From the NCBI RefSeq assembly GCF_964194025.1, contig NC_134477.1, forward strand, positions 46,190,001-46,254,000: 64,000 bases of DNA, in the 5' to 3' direction. Origin of the DNA: Convolutriloba macropyga (taxonomy: Eukaryota). How positions within the stretch are numbered: position 1 is the stretch's first letter; the number at the start of each line of letters is the position of its first letter. The notes below the pieces were generated by a model, which did no database searches, had not been told where the DNA came from, and saw only the letters and a list, made by a program, of their open reading frames with translations. Shown here piece by piece: positions 54,101 to 64,000 of this stretch. The position numbers and the translations under genes are program-made.

Positions 54101-54966
54101 CTTTGAACTAGAGAACTGGTTCAATTCTCCAGTTGATGAGTGAATTAATTCCGGCTGGTTATCAATAGATTCAACAGGAAATAAGACTGCAGTTTGATTC
54201 ATTGGATTGGAGGGTTGTTGAATTGAAGCAAACTGGTTGAAATTGTTCTCTTGCTCTCTGAGAACAACGTTGAGTTCTGGGGATTGAGCATTACTCAGAA
54301 CAAATCTGTCCTGAATGTTTGCTCTGGATATTAGGGTTGATGCTGGTGTTGGGGTTGCTAACAACGACATTGATTGATTTATGTGTTCAACCGTTGTAAA
54401 AATTTTTTACTGATTCTTCAGTCAATTCTCTAGTATCCTGCGCAAATTGTCTGTTGCTCTGACTGAATTTGGAGAGAAGGTTGGGTTTATTTTCTCCTTG
54501 CGGAAGGAAAAACGATGTTTCGCCGGTCTTGGGGCACTGGAGAGACATCGCTGGCAGGGTTCTTTACTGTCATGTTGTTCTGCTCTGAGTTTTGGGAAAC
54601 CGGTGTCAATCGATGCGAACCGAGCTGTATTTTTTAGGACTGCGAGACGCTGCTGATGTCATCGCGCACTCGAGTTGATGATTGACTCAATTGACCATCA
54701 TCGTCGAGACTGTTGACTTCTAGTTCCAATTTTTCTAGACGAGAGATCAAGTTCGATTGACGTTTCATGACTGAATTTATGCTACTAGAGCTTACTTTTT
54801 CCATCATAATGCTGTCAAGTTTTGTCTTCAGCTCTTCAACGCTCTCTTTGATTTTGTTGATCAACAAAGAAAGAGTGCGGAAGCTTTTTCTCTGCTCAAC
54901 GGATGTCTGTAAGAGATCAAGCTGATTTTTCAAGTTGCAGTATGCTTTCCTAAGAAAACCCGACAT
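48190..54966 (-). pseudogene. BEL/Pao gag-pol (several stops and frameshifts)
   Basis: Start MSGFLRKAY. DUF1759-like IKLPPITISNFNGNPLKYHEW. Three Cys/His motifs (CEKC..H..C, CSNC, CQTC..HH). Protease LIDPGSQ; RT FYMDD; RNase H IFVDA*..A.AAVAYLR; integrase GVDFFGP, SDNGKTF, GSVWERLI. Confidence 0.93.
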
Positions 54967-55155
54967 TTACACTTATAGTCAGTAGTCGCAGTAGTCACCA
55001 ATTCTTATGAAGTTAAGGACAACTGCTACCATTAAACTGCTTGTATTTGTTTCTGGATATTATCTGCCACCTATGAATTGCTCATCTTTACTTTGGTGAC
55101 TACTGCGACTACTGACTATAAGTGAAAATTTCGGGTTTTCTTAGGAAAGCATACT
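54939..55155. repeat. 63-bp inverted repeat overlapping the BEL gag start
   Basis: 54939-55001 is the reverse complement of 55093-55155 with 2 mismatches; 91-nt loop. Confidence 0.92.
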
Positions 55156-57300
55156 ACCCCATTAACTAGGCTCGCGGTTAGTCGTATGCAATTAAGATCA
55201 AAGAATACACAAACCTCTTTGTAGGTTTTTTTTGTCAGAATCTTTTCAGTAATTTTCTGTCTGTTCTTTTCGGTTTTGCAGAATGGTTATATAGTTTTTC
55301 AGCTTGTTCTGTAATGAACTGCGGAGGTATATAAAATAGCTCTTTTTTTGAAAATTGATTGATTTTTTTCTTTAATCAGAAAAAAAACGTTAGAAAAAAC
55401 GTTTTTTGATTTTTATATAACAGAGAAACAATTTTGCCACTTTTCTGTTGCTTCTTTGCAGTTTTGCAAGGGGATGAAATAAATTTTCAGATGGTTTTCA
55501 AACAAACAGAAGGAGCCATTTCGAACGCTTTCTTGTTATCTACTGAAAATTTCCAATAAACATTAGAAAAATGTTTTTTGAGATTTTTAAGTAAAAGAAG
55601 CAAATTTGCAAACTTCAAGTTGCCTCTTTATAAAATTTTTACTGAAAAAGTTTTACTGAAGTGTTTTTTTTGTGTGGAGTTTTAGGAACAAATAAAACCT
55701 AAAACCAAACAAACTAAATCTATATTGATACTTCTTCAAAATAAGTAATTTTTTTTAGAATTTAAAATGCGGTGCGACCAGGCAACGTGAGCTACAGACA
55801 AGCAGAGAAAACTGGTTGCTTAAAAACTGGGTCTACTTTGAAGCTCTTTTCCAAAAAATTCTGTTTTGCGGTTCTTATGAAGTTAAGGACAACTGCTACC
55901 ATTAAACTGCTTGTATTTGTTTCTGGATATTATCTGCCACCTATGAATTGCTCATCTTTACTTTGGTGACTACTGCGACCCAACGGAAACACACTCCTCT
56001 TCAGTGGGTGACTACTGAGACCAAAAGGGGAACAGGGACTTCTTTCGGCAACTTCTGAGACCGCGGACAAAAAAGAAGAGACGTTTGAGTTTTCCTACTT
56101 AGTGGGACTATATGCGTGAATGAATTTAAGTGGGGAATTATTCGAGAGCTTTTGATTTACTTCTTTTTGAGAAAAAAGGAAAATAGATCTTATCTTCTCT
56201 TTTTCTTTCTCTTGAGAAGGTATTTTCAGTGTATACTACTCAATTAACTAGATGCGCGGCTAGAAGTATGCAAAATGAAAACAAAATAAGTGTAAATGTC
56301 GGGTTTTCTTAGGAAAGCATACTACCCCATTAACTAGGCTCGCGGTTAGTAGTATGCAATTAAGATCAAAGAATACACAAACCTCTTTGTAGGTTTTTTT
56401 TGTCAGAATCTTTTCAGTAATTTTCTGTCTGTTCTTTTCGGTTTTGCAGAATGGTTATATAGTTTTTCAGCTTGTTTTGTAACGAACTGCGCAGGTATAT
56501 AAAATAGCTCTTTTTTTGAAAATTGATTGATTTTTTTCTTTAATAAGAAAAAAAACGTTAGAAAAAACGTTTTTTGATTTTTATATAACAGAGAAACAAT
56601 TTTGCCACTTTTCTGTTGCTTCTTTGCAGTTTTGCAAGGGGATGAAATAAATTTTCAGATTGTTTTCAAACAAACAGAAGGAGCTATTTCGAACGCTTTC
56701 TTGTTATCTACTGAAAATTTCCAATAAACATTAGAAAAATGTTTTTTGAGTTTTTTAAGTAAAAGAAGCAAATTTGCAAACTTCAAGTTGCCTCTTTACA
56801 AAATTGTATATTCAATCAATTGATTTTGAAGCTTATTTTCCAACAAAACCAGGGGGGCTAATCAATGGGTTTCTAATCAATGTTTTATTCAAAACGTTAG
56901 GAAAACGTTTTTTGAATCTTTGATTCAAAGAAGCAATTTTTGTCAAAATTGAGTTGCTTCTTTACAAAATTGCAAAATCGATAAACTGATTTTGAAGCTT
57001 ACTTTCCAACAAACCCAGGGGGGCTAATCAATGGGTTTTTTGGATTTATTAAAAGGTTTTCCCTAAAACGTTAGAAAAACGTTTTTTGATTTTTTGTAGT
57101 CAAGGAAGCAAATTTTGTCAAAATTGAGTTGCTTCTTTACAAAATTGCAAAATCGATAAATTGATTGTGAAGCTTCTTTTCCAACGAACCCAGGGGGCTA
57201 AACAATGGGTTTTTGGATTAAATAAAAAGTTTTCATTAAAACGTTAGAAAAATGTTTTTTGATTTTTGACGCTGTAAAAAGCACTTTTGCGACTTTCTCA
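55002..57300. repeat. Internal duplications and about 170-bp tandem units in BEL 5' leader
   Basis: 55002-55108 matches 55872-55979; about 55118-55635 matches 56286-56800. AAAC(G/A)TTAGAAAAA unit heads at about 55385, 55558, 56552, 56726, 56891, 57065 and 57238. Confidence 0.88.
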
Positions 57301-57895
57301 TTTTTTGAGCAAAAATTTTACATAAGGTGTTCAACCAAAATAAAGTTGATTTTAAGTCCAACTGAAGTGTTCTATTCAAATGAAAATTTTACTTTCATGT
57401 AGAATTTTTGCGACAAATTGAGAGAATTGTTTTTGAGTTTTTCCGATGCAAAAAACGCTATATCGTTTTTTCGGGCAATTTGTGTTTTTTTTTCGTTAAT
57501 TGCTGACTTGTAGTTGCTCACGGCTATTTCTTTCATAAACCATCTACCAAAAGCTCGTTGGGGGACAATTTTTGTGTGTTTGAGATTTTTTGTCGCAAAA
57601 AAAATCACGTTTTTTTTGGATACGTCTATTCGGGGAAAGGACTTCTAAGGTGACGTCTGGAACCTCGGGCGATCATCTCTTGGTGACGTCTGTAACCAAA
57701 AAAATGTCAAGCTTTCTTGATCGGGTGACGTCTGAAAACCCTTGAAAAAAAACTCTTCGTCTTTGGTTGGCTCGTCTGCAATAAGAAACTCTTCCTCTGT
57801 CGTAGTCTTGGATATTAGTCTTGGGGTGTGCTCATGCCCCCTCTTTGTTTAAAAAAAAATTAAATTTAATTCAGAAGGCTTTATGTCCTCATTAT

Positions 57896-57913
57896 CAAGG
57901 CGGATGGTCGCCA
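57896..57913 (-). promoter_or_regulatory. Primer-binding site of BEL element
   Basis: TGGCGACCATCCG on the minus strand, 6 nt inside the 5' LTR boundary. TGGCGACC is compatible with a tRNA ending GGUCGCCA (Arg-type; not verified). Confidence 0.75.
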
Positions 57914-58912
57914 AAATTATGTTTTAAAACATATCCCTAGTCTAATCATTTGTTAAAAGAGCACGTCTAATTTTCACGTTATTGGACAAAAGAGTCAAGT
58001 TTTTGTTGCAATTTTGGCGGTTTTTGAATCATCTTGAAAGTTGCAATAACATTGGCAACAAATCGATTTTTTTACAAAAACAGGTTTGAAAAATCTTACA
58101 TATTGTTTTTTAATATCCCTCAGAACATAGACTAAAACTATAGCAATTTGGATATGTATTTGTTTACAAATGCGTGCAGTTTGTGAGTGGAGTGCGAAAA
58201 TTGTGATATATGTGCTAATTGGTCTGATAATTGTTATACTATTCTATATAAAAAACTTAGAAATCGTGCTTTCTATTTGTAATAATATCAATTTGTTGAG
58301 TGTAAATCACAACGTAAATGTATTTTTTTTATTTTGACACCATTTTCCTCAAAAACCATACTGAGTTACTTCTTTCTTGCCAAATTTAACAGCTTTCAAT
58401 TTGTACATTTATAAGAAGTTCAAACTGGCGCCGAAATACTTGTGTGTTCAAAGAGTTGGACAACATGAAAAATTTAAGAGGCAACGTGTTTCTTGTTATA
58501 TTTTATGTCTTTTCCAAATTGTTATTGTTCGATATCTTTATTGCAAAATAAAAATCTACTTTTTTATTGAAATCAGCAGAAAATCTGCAAAGGTGTTTTT
58601 TTCTCGAGTCTCTTGAATTGTAACGCGAGAATTATTTCACAATGATTTGGGTGCCGTCAATTGGATTTTTTTTCGTTTTATTTGCTCCTTTAGCATACTG
58701 CTAGAATTTTTGAGCGTGTCAACAATCTAATTTCAGTCCAACATTTTGAAATAAATAAATTGCAGGCAACTGGGCAACTTTGTTATTACGTTTTTAGCTT
58801 GAGCCATAAATGAAAAAAACATAAAACTAACAAAACGAAAGTAATTGTTTCACTGTTGTATTGCTGTACAATAATCAAAACTTTGATGATGATGTCAAAA
58901 CAATAATCAAAA

Positions 58913-59030
58913 CCTTCCTTAACTCACCTTAATTAACTCTAACTTGCCTTAAAATTACCTTAACAATACCTTAACTCCCTTAACTTTGCCTTAACTAAGC
59001 CAGAAATTTACCTTAAAACTACATTAACTT
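58913..59030. repeat. Degenerate CCTTAA-core simple repeat (about 10-11 bp period)
   Basis: About 8 CCTTAA cores in 115 bp. Confidence 0.75.
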
Positions 59031-59116
59031 CATTTAGTGTGTGAACACGTGGCTAAATACTAGTTGTTAAAACAACTTTTTAATTTTTTTTGGATTAGCA
59101 AGATAAACTTGAAAAC

Positions 59117-59531
59117 TGTAGCACTCTGTTATACTCGATCGTATTGAATACTTTAGGATTCGCGTTGCGAATACTTGTGTCGAGATTACGATAGGAATTG
59201 CTAGGCGAATACACAATAACTTGTGTAATACGAATTCTGATTATTGGAGACGCGGCGCGAATCCGTTGTTAAGTCTAGCTTAAGATTATGAAGAGCGTTT
59301 ACAGAGTAACTTGAATTCAGATAACTAAATGAAATTATGATTACTTATGATAAACTAGTATGAACAAAATATGAAATAATTTAGTAGACTTACGGGAATA
59401 TTAATATAGGTGAATAAATAGAAGTCATAACTTTTAGTTATAAAACGCATGATATAATTATAGATATAGAGGATAAATAATTTAGTACACATAGAAGTTT
59501 CGATATATAATAGGTATCCATACGTATCACA
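59117..59531 (-). repeat. Putative 3' LTR (415 bp)
   Basis: Minus strand TGTGATACG...GTGCTACA after a PPT-like tract. The partner LTR is outside the window, so the boundaries are unconfirmed. Confidence 0.65.
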
Positions 59532-60055
59532 TTTCCCTCGTGACAAAAAAAAATTTTAATGTATTTACAATATTTTAGATTAACACAAAACATGTAACCG
59601 ACTTGGATGAACAAAACTGAACTCAAAATTGTAGAAGTACTACGAATGTGAAATTTAAGAATAATTAACAATGGAAATTTTTAGCATATGCGAGGCTTAT
59701 ACCTCTAAGAACATTCAATTGCACATAAGCTGTGTGAGTTAATGCATATAAATTATCATCACTTGACGGATAATTACAGCACATAGCATTCTCAATGTTT
59801 TAATAATTTTGGAATTGCAAAGCGAATACGCTTCAAAATTCTGAACATGGAAACTGAGTACATGAAATGAAATAAATTTAGCGCACATACATTAATGAAA
59901 GGATTCACAGGGCAAATACTTGAATAAATGTAAAACTGACAATAGGAAAGCAAATGTTGTAAAATAAAGCAAAGTTAACATTAATTTTAGATTAAAAGTG
60001 GAAACAAGTTTAAATAATTGAATTGAGTTTTTGACAGTTTTGTTGAGTTTTTAAC

Positions 60056-63000
60056 TTAAATCTCATTTTCTGCATCCCAAACAGATAGTTCTCTCTCTTG
60101 TTCGTATTCATGGTATCGAACTCCAGAATCTGGTGGCGAAACTTGGCCGATTTGAATTTCCGGTCTTGGGGGAGATGGGATTCTTGAATGTTCCGCATTT
60201 TGAATCATGGCTACTACTGTATTTGCGGTTGCTGCCTCTTGCTTCTCTTTTTTCGATTTACGTTTTTTCTGTTTACCGGAACTGGTAGAAGTCAAGGAAC
60301 TTGTAGGCGAAATATCCGCGTCCGTGAAACCGTAGAATTGGGGTCGATTTCGTTTTCGGGTTCCTTGTTGTTTTTGTGGTTCGGGATGTGTGTCTTGAGA
60401 CTGTTGGTTTTGAGAGGAAGACGTTTGCGGAGCGGGTACTATTGATATTAATTGTTGTTCCTGAACTGTTGCGTTATCATTGTCGTTGATTGGAGCTGCA
60501 TTTCGACGACGTTTGGGCTGTGGTTTTGTAGGTTTGCGTACAGTGAGGGCTCTAGACACGTTTGAATTGACTGAGGAAACAACTGAGGTGGTGTCTCGAT
60601 GCCGATGTCGAATTTTGATTTCCCCTCGCTTTTGTTTTTTGATGTCGTTGCTGTGCTTGGCAATCTTTATCTCAGTTGTCTGTTCATAAGGCGCAGGACG
60701 CCTTTGTGCGTACGTCCAGAGATTTGTAGATCTTTCAGCCTTGGTGCCAAACTTTGCCAGATCACTGTCTCTGACTTTGACTGGCGTTCGCCCCGGTTCA
60801 TTAATTATGGTTGTCGTGGGGGAGGATTTAGTGACAAATGAACCGGGTTTTAAAACTTCATAAAGCCCAGCAAGTTGTCGTTTCGCCCTCTTTTTGTTTG
60901 GTATCTTTCTGGCCAGCTTCACACTGAATGATTTTTCTGTTCTCGGAATGGGGTTCGTAAGTTTGGGGTGGATTATGAACCGCGATTCCTTGTCGTCTGA
61001 GTCGCGGTACCGGAGGCCTGCGTCTTGTTGTTCTTTATTCATAGCCGTCTCAATTTCCAGATCGCTTCTCTCCGGGTTGACCCATCCAGCATCATCGAGG
61101 TATTTGGCGACAGGAACTGTATCAGCATCTAAATAGTGATTAATAATTTTTTCATATGTTAAATTTAAACTTGATGGACATGTGCTAATATTACGCAACG
61201 GAGTATTCACCAGACGACCAAAATGAGCTTCGAATGGAGTTATCTGTGTTGTTTTCTGTCTTGTTATTCGTAAGTCAAAAACTATCTGTTTAATTGCTTT
61301 AGATGTAGAAAATGAATCTTTATTTTCAGTTTTCATACAGGATAACCGCCGTTTAATTGTCTGTACCATTCGCTCCACTAATCCAATTGCTCTATGGTCT
61401 CCGACTGGCGCATCGAGAATGTTAATGTTATTTTCATTACAATAGTTTGTAACTTGTTTACCTACTAAACAAGTAGCTTGATCTAGGCGGATTGTTCGCG
61501 GGATCCTATGAGTATAAGCATAATCGCAGAGAAATTTTACTACATTTGTCCCATTTGCATGTTCAAAAATTCGAGCTGTTGGATACTTTGAATAACTATC
61601 TATACATGTCAGAAAGTAAATATCTTTATCTTTATCATTTGTTATCGGGCCCCCAAAGTCAATTTGAATTTCTTCATTTGGTTCTTGACAAGCCTTGTGA
61701 GGATACCATTTAGATTTTGGTATAATAGGTTTCAAATTCTTACCAATATCGGTACACGGACCGCACTCTGATGCTTTGGCGAGAATCTCTCTATGCATAT
61801 ATGGCCACCATGCATACTGAGATAATGAAATCATGCCCCAACTACCAGGGTGGGTCATGTGTATGGATTCCAGTACCGCGTCCTTTATCGAATTAGGTAT
61901 GGCGACGCGCTCATCCACACACAAACAACCGGACCTCACATGAAGGTCCTTCCAGAACGAATATATATAGGGGCTAACTTCCTTACAGCGGTTCTCGTCG
62001 TCTTGGAGGACACAATCTCTAATTTCTTTTAATACTGCGTCCTTACTTGTTAGGACGGCTAAGAAGGATTTTGTGAATAGTTGGTTTAAGTTACTTTCAA
62101 AAATTTCCTCTTTGGATAATTCAATGTCTTGTATTTCGGGTGATGATGAAATTGGGGTGTGAATGTTAGGGCTTGTACTGGTTGTCGCTATAGGGGTTGA
62201 TTGGGTGCGGAAAGTTACTTTGGGAGCAGTAGTAGGAGTTGGGGGGTTAGATTGAGGCACTTCTTTTGCGGACATTGTTATGTGGTTCACTTTATTTTCT
62301 GTTTTTGCGGCTGAATTACAATTAAATTTTTTTGGCTGGATTCGTGATGCGGATGCAGTAGTGTTTTTAATCAATTGATTTGCAAGGCAATTAAAGTTGG
62401 AAATGAATTCAGAATTGTAATTGTTTACTTGTGCTCGAGGAATGAGTGGATTAATTGAGGTATTTGAGTTATTCGTGCTAATGTTAGCAGGTTTGCAACC
62501 GTGGACGCGCGTCTTGTTTACTTGTTGGTTATAATTACTGGTTATGTGCCGCTTTTGGAAAGGAATTTTATTCGCGTGACTAAATAAAGATGTAATTGCG
62601 TCGCGAATACGGGAAATTGTTGCTACCATGAATTCCTCATCGTATTGATTGACACTTTTAGCGTTTTGATTTGGTTGACGCGAAATATAATCAACTAAAC
62701 CCATTCTGGTACCAGGAATATGTTCGATGTTAAAATCAAATGGTAACAAACGATCAATCCATCGTGTTAATCTACTGTTGTAGGATTTATTAGAACGGTG
62801 TGATTTTAGAACTGAAAGAAGTGCTCTGTGGTCTGTTAAAACTGTGAAAGTCATCCCAAATAAATAATATTTAAAATATTCAATGGCCCACACCACCCCA
62901 AGTAATTCGAGTTCATTTACACTATAGCGTTCTTCGTTGCTATTAAGAAAACGAGACGCAAAAGCTACTGTTTTCCACCCTTCACAATCTAATTGTTCAA

Positions 63001-64000
63001 GCGCAGCGCCTAAACCTTGGCGAGATGCATCGCATTTGATTCGCGTTTCCAGTGTTGGATTAAAATGAGTGTTTTCCGTAGCATTTGCAATAACAGTTTT
63101 GATGTGTTCAAAATGTAATTGATGAGTTTCATTCCAAATAAATTTTTCGTTTTTCTTTAATAATGGCCGAAGGGGATGGCATATTTTGGCAAGATTGGGT
63201 ATAAATTTGCTTAAGTGATGAACACTACCTAAGAATGATCGTAATTGTTTCAATGTTTTTGGAGCTTTGATTTCCGCAATTGCCGCTGTTTTAGATTCTA
63301 TAGGTTTAACACCACTTTGTGAGAATGTGAAGCCAAGCCAGTTTATTTGATGTTTTGCGAAATGACATTTACTCAAATTAATTCGGAGGTTATCGGATTC
63401 GAGTTTTTGGAGACATTTGTACACGTATTTGAGGTGCGATTCCTTGGTACCTTTGCTAACTACAATTATGTCATCCAGAAAACAGTATGTGTTAGTTAGT
63501 CCAACCAATGTGTAATCCATTGCCTTTTGAAACTCAGCCGGCATATCCGTAAGGCCATAAAATCCCGTTTTAAAACGATATGTGCCAGTTGCATCGCCGC
63601 AAATGATATTAAAATTGCAATGACGTGCGGTATCCGGATGCAGTTTTAATTGACTATAGGCATATTTTAAATCAATCGTTGAAAAGTAGACATGATCTCC
63701 TAGGTTTGAATTATTAATATGTTGTGAGATTGAATCGATAAGACTATCTATATTTGGCATTTGGTACTTGTTTTTGTGGATCGCTTTATTTAATATTTTT
63801 GAATCAAGAGCTAACTTTACAGATTTGTCCTTTTTGACCGTGATTACAATGGGGGAAATGTAGTTTTTATCCGAACATTCTTGTAATTTTTCGATGTGTC
63901 CTTGTTCAGAAAGTTTCTTCAGCTCAGCAGATACTTTGTCTAGTAAATTTATAGGAACACGACGGCCCTTTTGGTGGGATGGAGTATAGTCTTTGTGGAA
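60056..64000 (-). CDS. pol: Ty3/gypsy Pol (RT, RNase H, integrase, long C-terminal tail), 5'-truncated by window
   Basis: The frame is open from 64000 (FHKDYTPSHQKGRRVP...SPIVITVKKD). RT FSTIDLKYAYSQ and CFLDD; RNase H CDAS, ELELL, TDH, VDYISR; integrase H-x3-HPG...CGPC, IDFGGP, RLDQA, GLVER. More than 1300 codons without a stop. Confidence 0.96.
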   Translation of the reverse strand, partial: FHKDYTPSHQKGRRVPINLLDKVSAELKKLSEQGHIEKLQECSDKNYISPIVITVKKDKSVKLALDSKILNKAIHKNKYQMPNIDSLIDSISQHINNSNLGDHVYFSTIDLKYAYSQLKLHPDTARHCNFNIICGDATGTYRFKTGFYGLTDMPAEFQKAMDYTLVGLTNTYCFLDDIIVVSKGTKESHLKYVYKCLQKLESDNLRINLSKCHFAKHQINWLGFTFSQSGVKPIESKTAAIAEIKAPKTLKQLRSFLGSVHHLSKFIPNLAKICHPLRPLLKKNEKFIWNETHQLHFEHIKTVIANATENTHFNPTLETRIKCDASRQGLGAALEQLDCEGWKTVAFASRFLNSNEERYSVNELELLGVVWAIEYFKYYLFGMTFTVLTDHRALLSVLKSHRSNKSYNSRLTRWIDRLLPFDFNIEHIPGTRMGLVDYISRQPNQNAKSVNQYDEEFMVATISRIRDAITSLFSHANKIPFQKRHITSNYNQQVNKTRVHGCKPANISTNNSNTSINPLIPRAQVNNYNSEFISNFNCLANQLIKNTTASASRIQPKKFNCNSAAKTENKVNHITMSAKEVPQSNPPTPTTAPKVTFRTQSTPIATTSTSPNIHTPISSSPEIQDIELSKEEIFESNLNQLFTKSFLAVLTSKDAVLKEIRDCVLQDDENRCKEVSPYIYSFWKDLHVRSGCLCVDERVAIPNSIKDAVLESIHMTHPGSWGMISLSQYAWWPYMHREILAKASECGPCTDIGKNLKPIIPKSKWYPHKACQEPNEEIQIDFGGPITNDKDKDIYFLTCIDSYSKYPTARIFEHANGTNVVKFLCDYAYTHRIPRTIRLDQATCLVGKQVTNYCNENNINILDAPVGDHRAIGLVERMVQTIKRRLSCMKTENKDSFSTSKAIKQIVFDLRITRQKTTQITPFEAHFGRLVNTPLRNISTCPSSLNLTYEKIINHYLDADTVPVAKYLDDAGWVNPERSDLEIETAMNKEQQDAGLRYRDSDDKESRFIIHPKLTNPIPRTEKSFSVKLARKIPNKKRAKRQLAGLYEVLKPGSFVTKSSPTTTIINEPGRTPVKVRDSDLAKFGTKAERSTNLWTYAQRRPAPYEQTTEIKIAKHSNDIKKQKRGEIKIRHRHRDTTSVVSSVNSNVSRALTVRKPTKPQPKRRRNAAPINDNDNATVQEQQLISIVPAPQTSSSQNQQSQDTHPEPQKQQGTRKRNRPQFYGFTDADISPTSSLTSTSSGKQKKRKSKKEKQEAATANTVVAMIQNAEHSRIPSPPRPEIQIGQVSPPDSGVRYHEYEQERELSVWDAENEI

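Larger units (their letters stand above)
47829..58060 (-). mobile_element. Full-length BEL/Pao LTR retrotransposon (10.2 kb), mildly decayed
   Basis: 141-bp TG...CA LTRs (47829-47969 and 57920-58060; 4 mismatches by eye); 5-bp TSD AATCG (47824-47828 / 58061-58065); PBS; BEL-type gag-pol. Confidence 0.96.
59117..64000 (-). mobile_element. Ty3/gypsy LTR retrotransposon, 3' portion (continues beyond window)
   Basis: Intact RT-RH-IN ORF, about 520-bp 3' UTR, purine tract GAGGGAAA (59532-59539, minus) abutting TGTG, and putative LTR ending TGCTACA. Confidence 0.93.

Noticed and set aside
55770-55782. GGTGCGACCAG matching the gypsy PBS, as a second PBS
   Set aside because: It lacks the initial TGG, has no adjacent LTR end, and an 11-nt match can be chance.
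58913-59030. Interstitial telomeric repeat
   Set aside because: CCTTAA cores are irregularly spaced at about 10-11 bp and do not form a tandem telomeric hexamer.
60188-62032. Antisense or overlapping ORFs within pol regions (also in the BEL element)
   Set aside because: They are short shadow ORFs opposite genuine coding sequence, with no motifs.

Overview
This is AT-rich eukaryotic (animal-like) genomic DNA with spliceosomal introns, a 134-N assembly gap and no bacterial-type features. Main contents: (1) Two minus-strand paralogues, about 36 kb apart, of a secreted or cell-surface protein with two divergent NIDO-like domains. One can be assembled into 4 phase-compatible exons (44947 to 33536, about 501 aa: signal peptide, RQKR furin-type site, hydrophobic GPI-like tail). 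The other shows only exons 1-2 in this window. (2) A full-length but decayed 15.5-kb Ty3/gypsy LTR element (14272-29788, CGAG TSD) with gag, pol, a class III-type (chuvirus/gB-like) envelope glycoprotein and several extra unassigned ORFs plus splice signals, which gives a complex-retrovirus-like layout. (3) A full-length BEL/Pao element (47829-58060, minus, AATCG TSD) whose 2.9-kb leader carries antisense copies of its own gag start. (4) The 3' part of a Ty3/gypsy element with an uninterrupted pol ORF (59117 to beyond 64000). (5) A MITE, a probable Helitron relic with a palindromic minisatellite, and four kb-scale head-to-tail duplications. All alignments and counts were made by eye; family assignments rest on motif recognition, not database searches.
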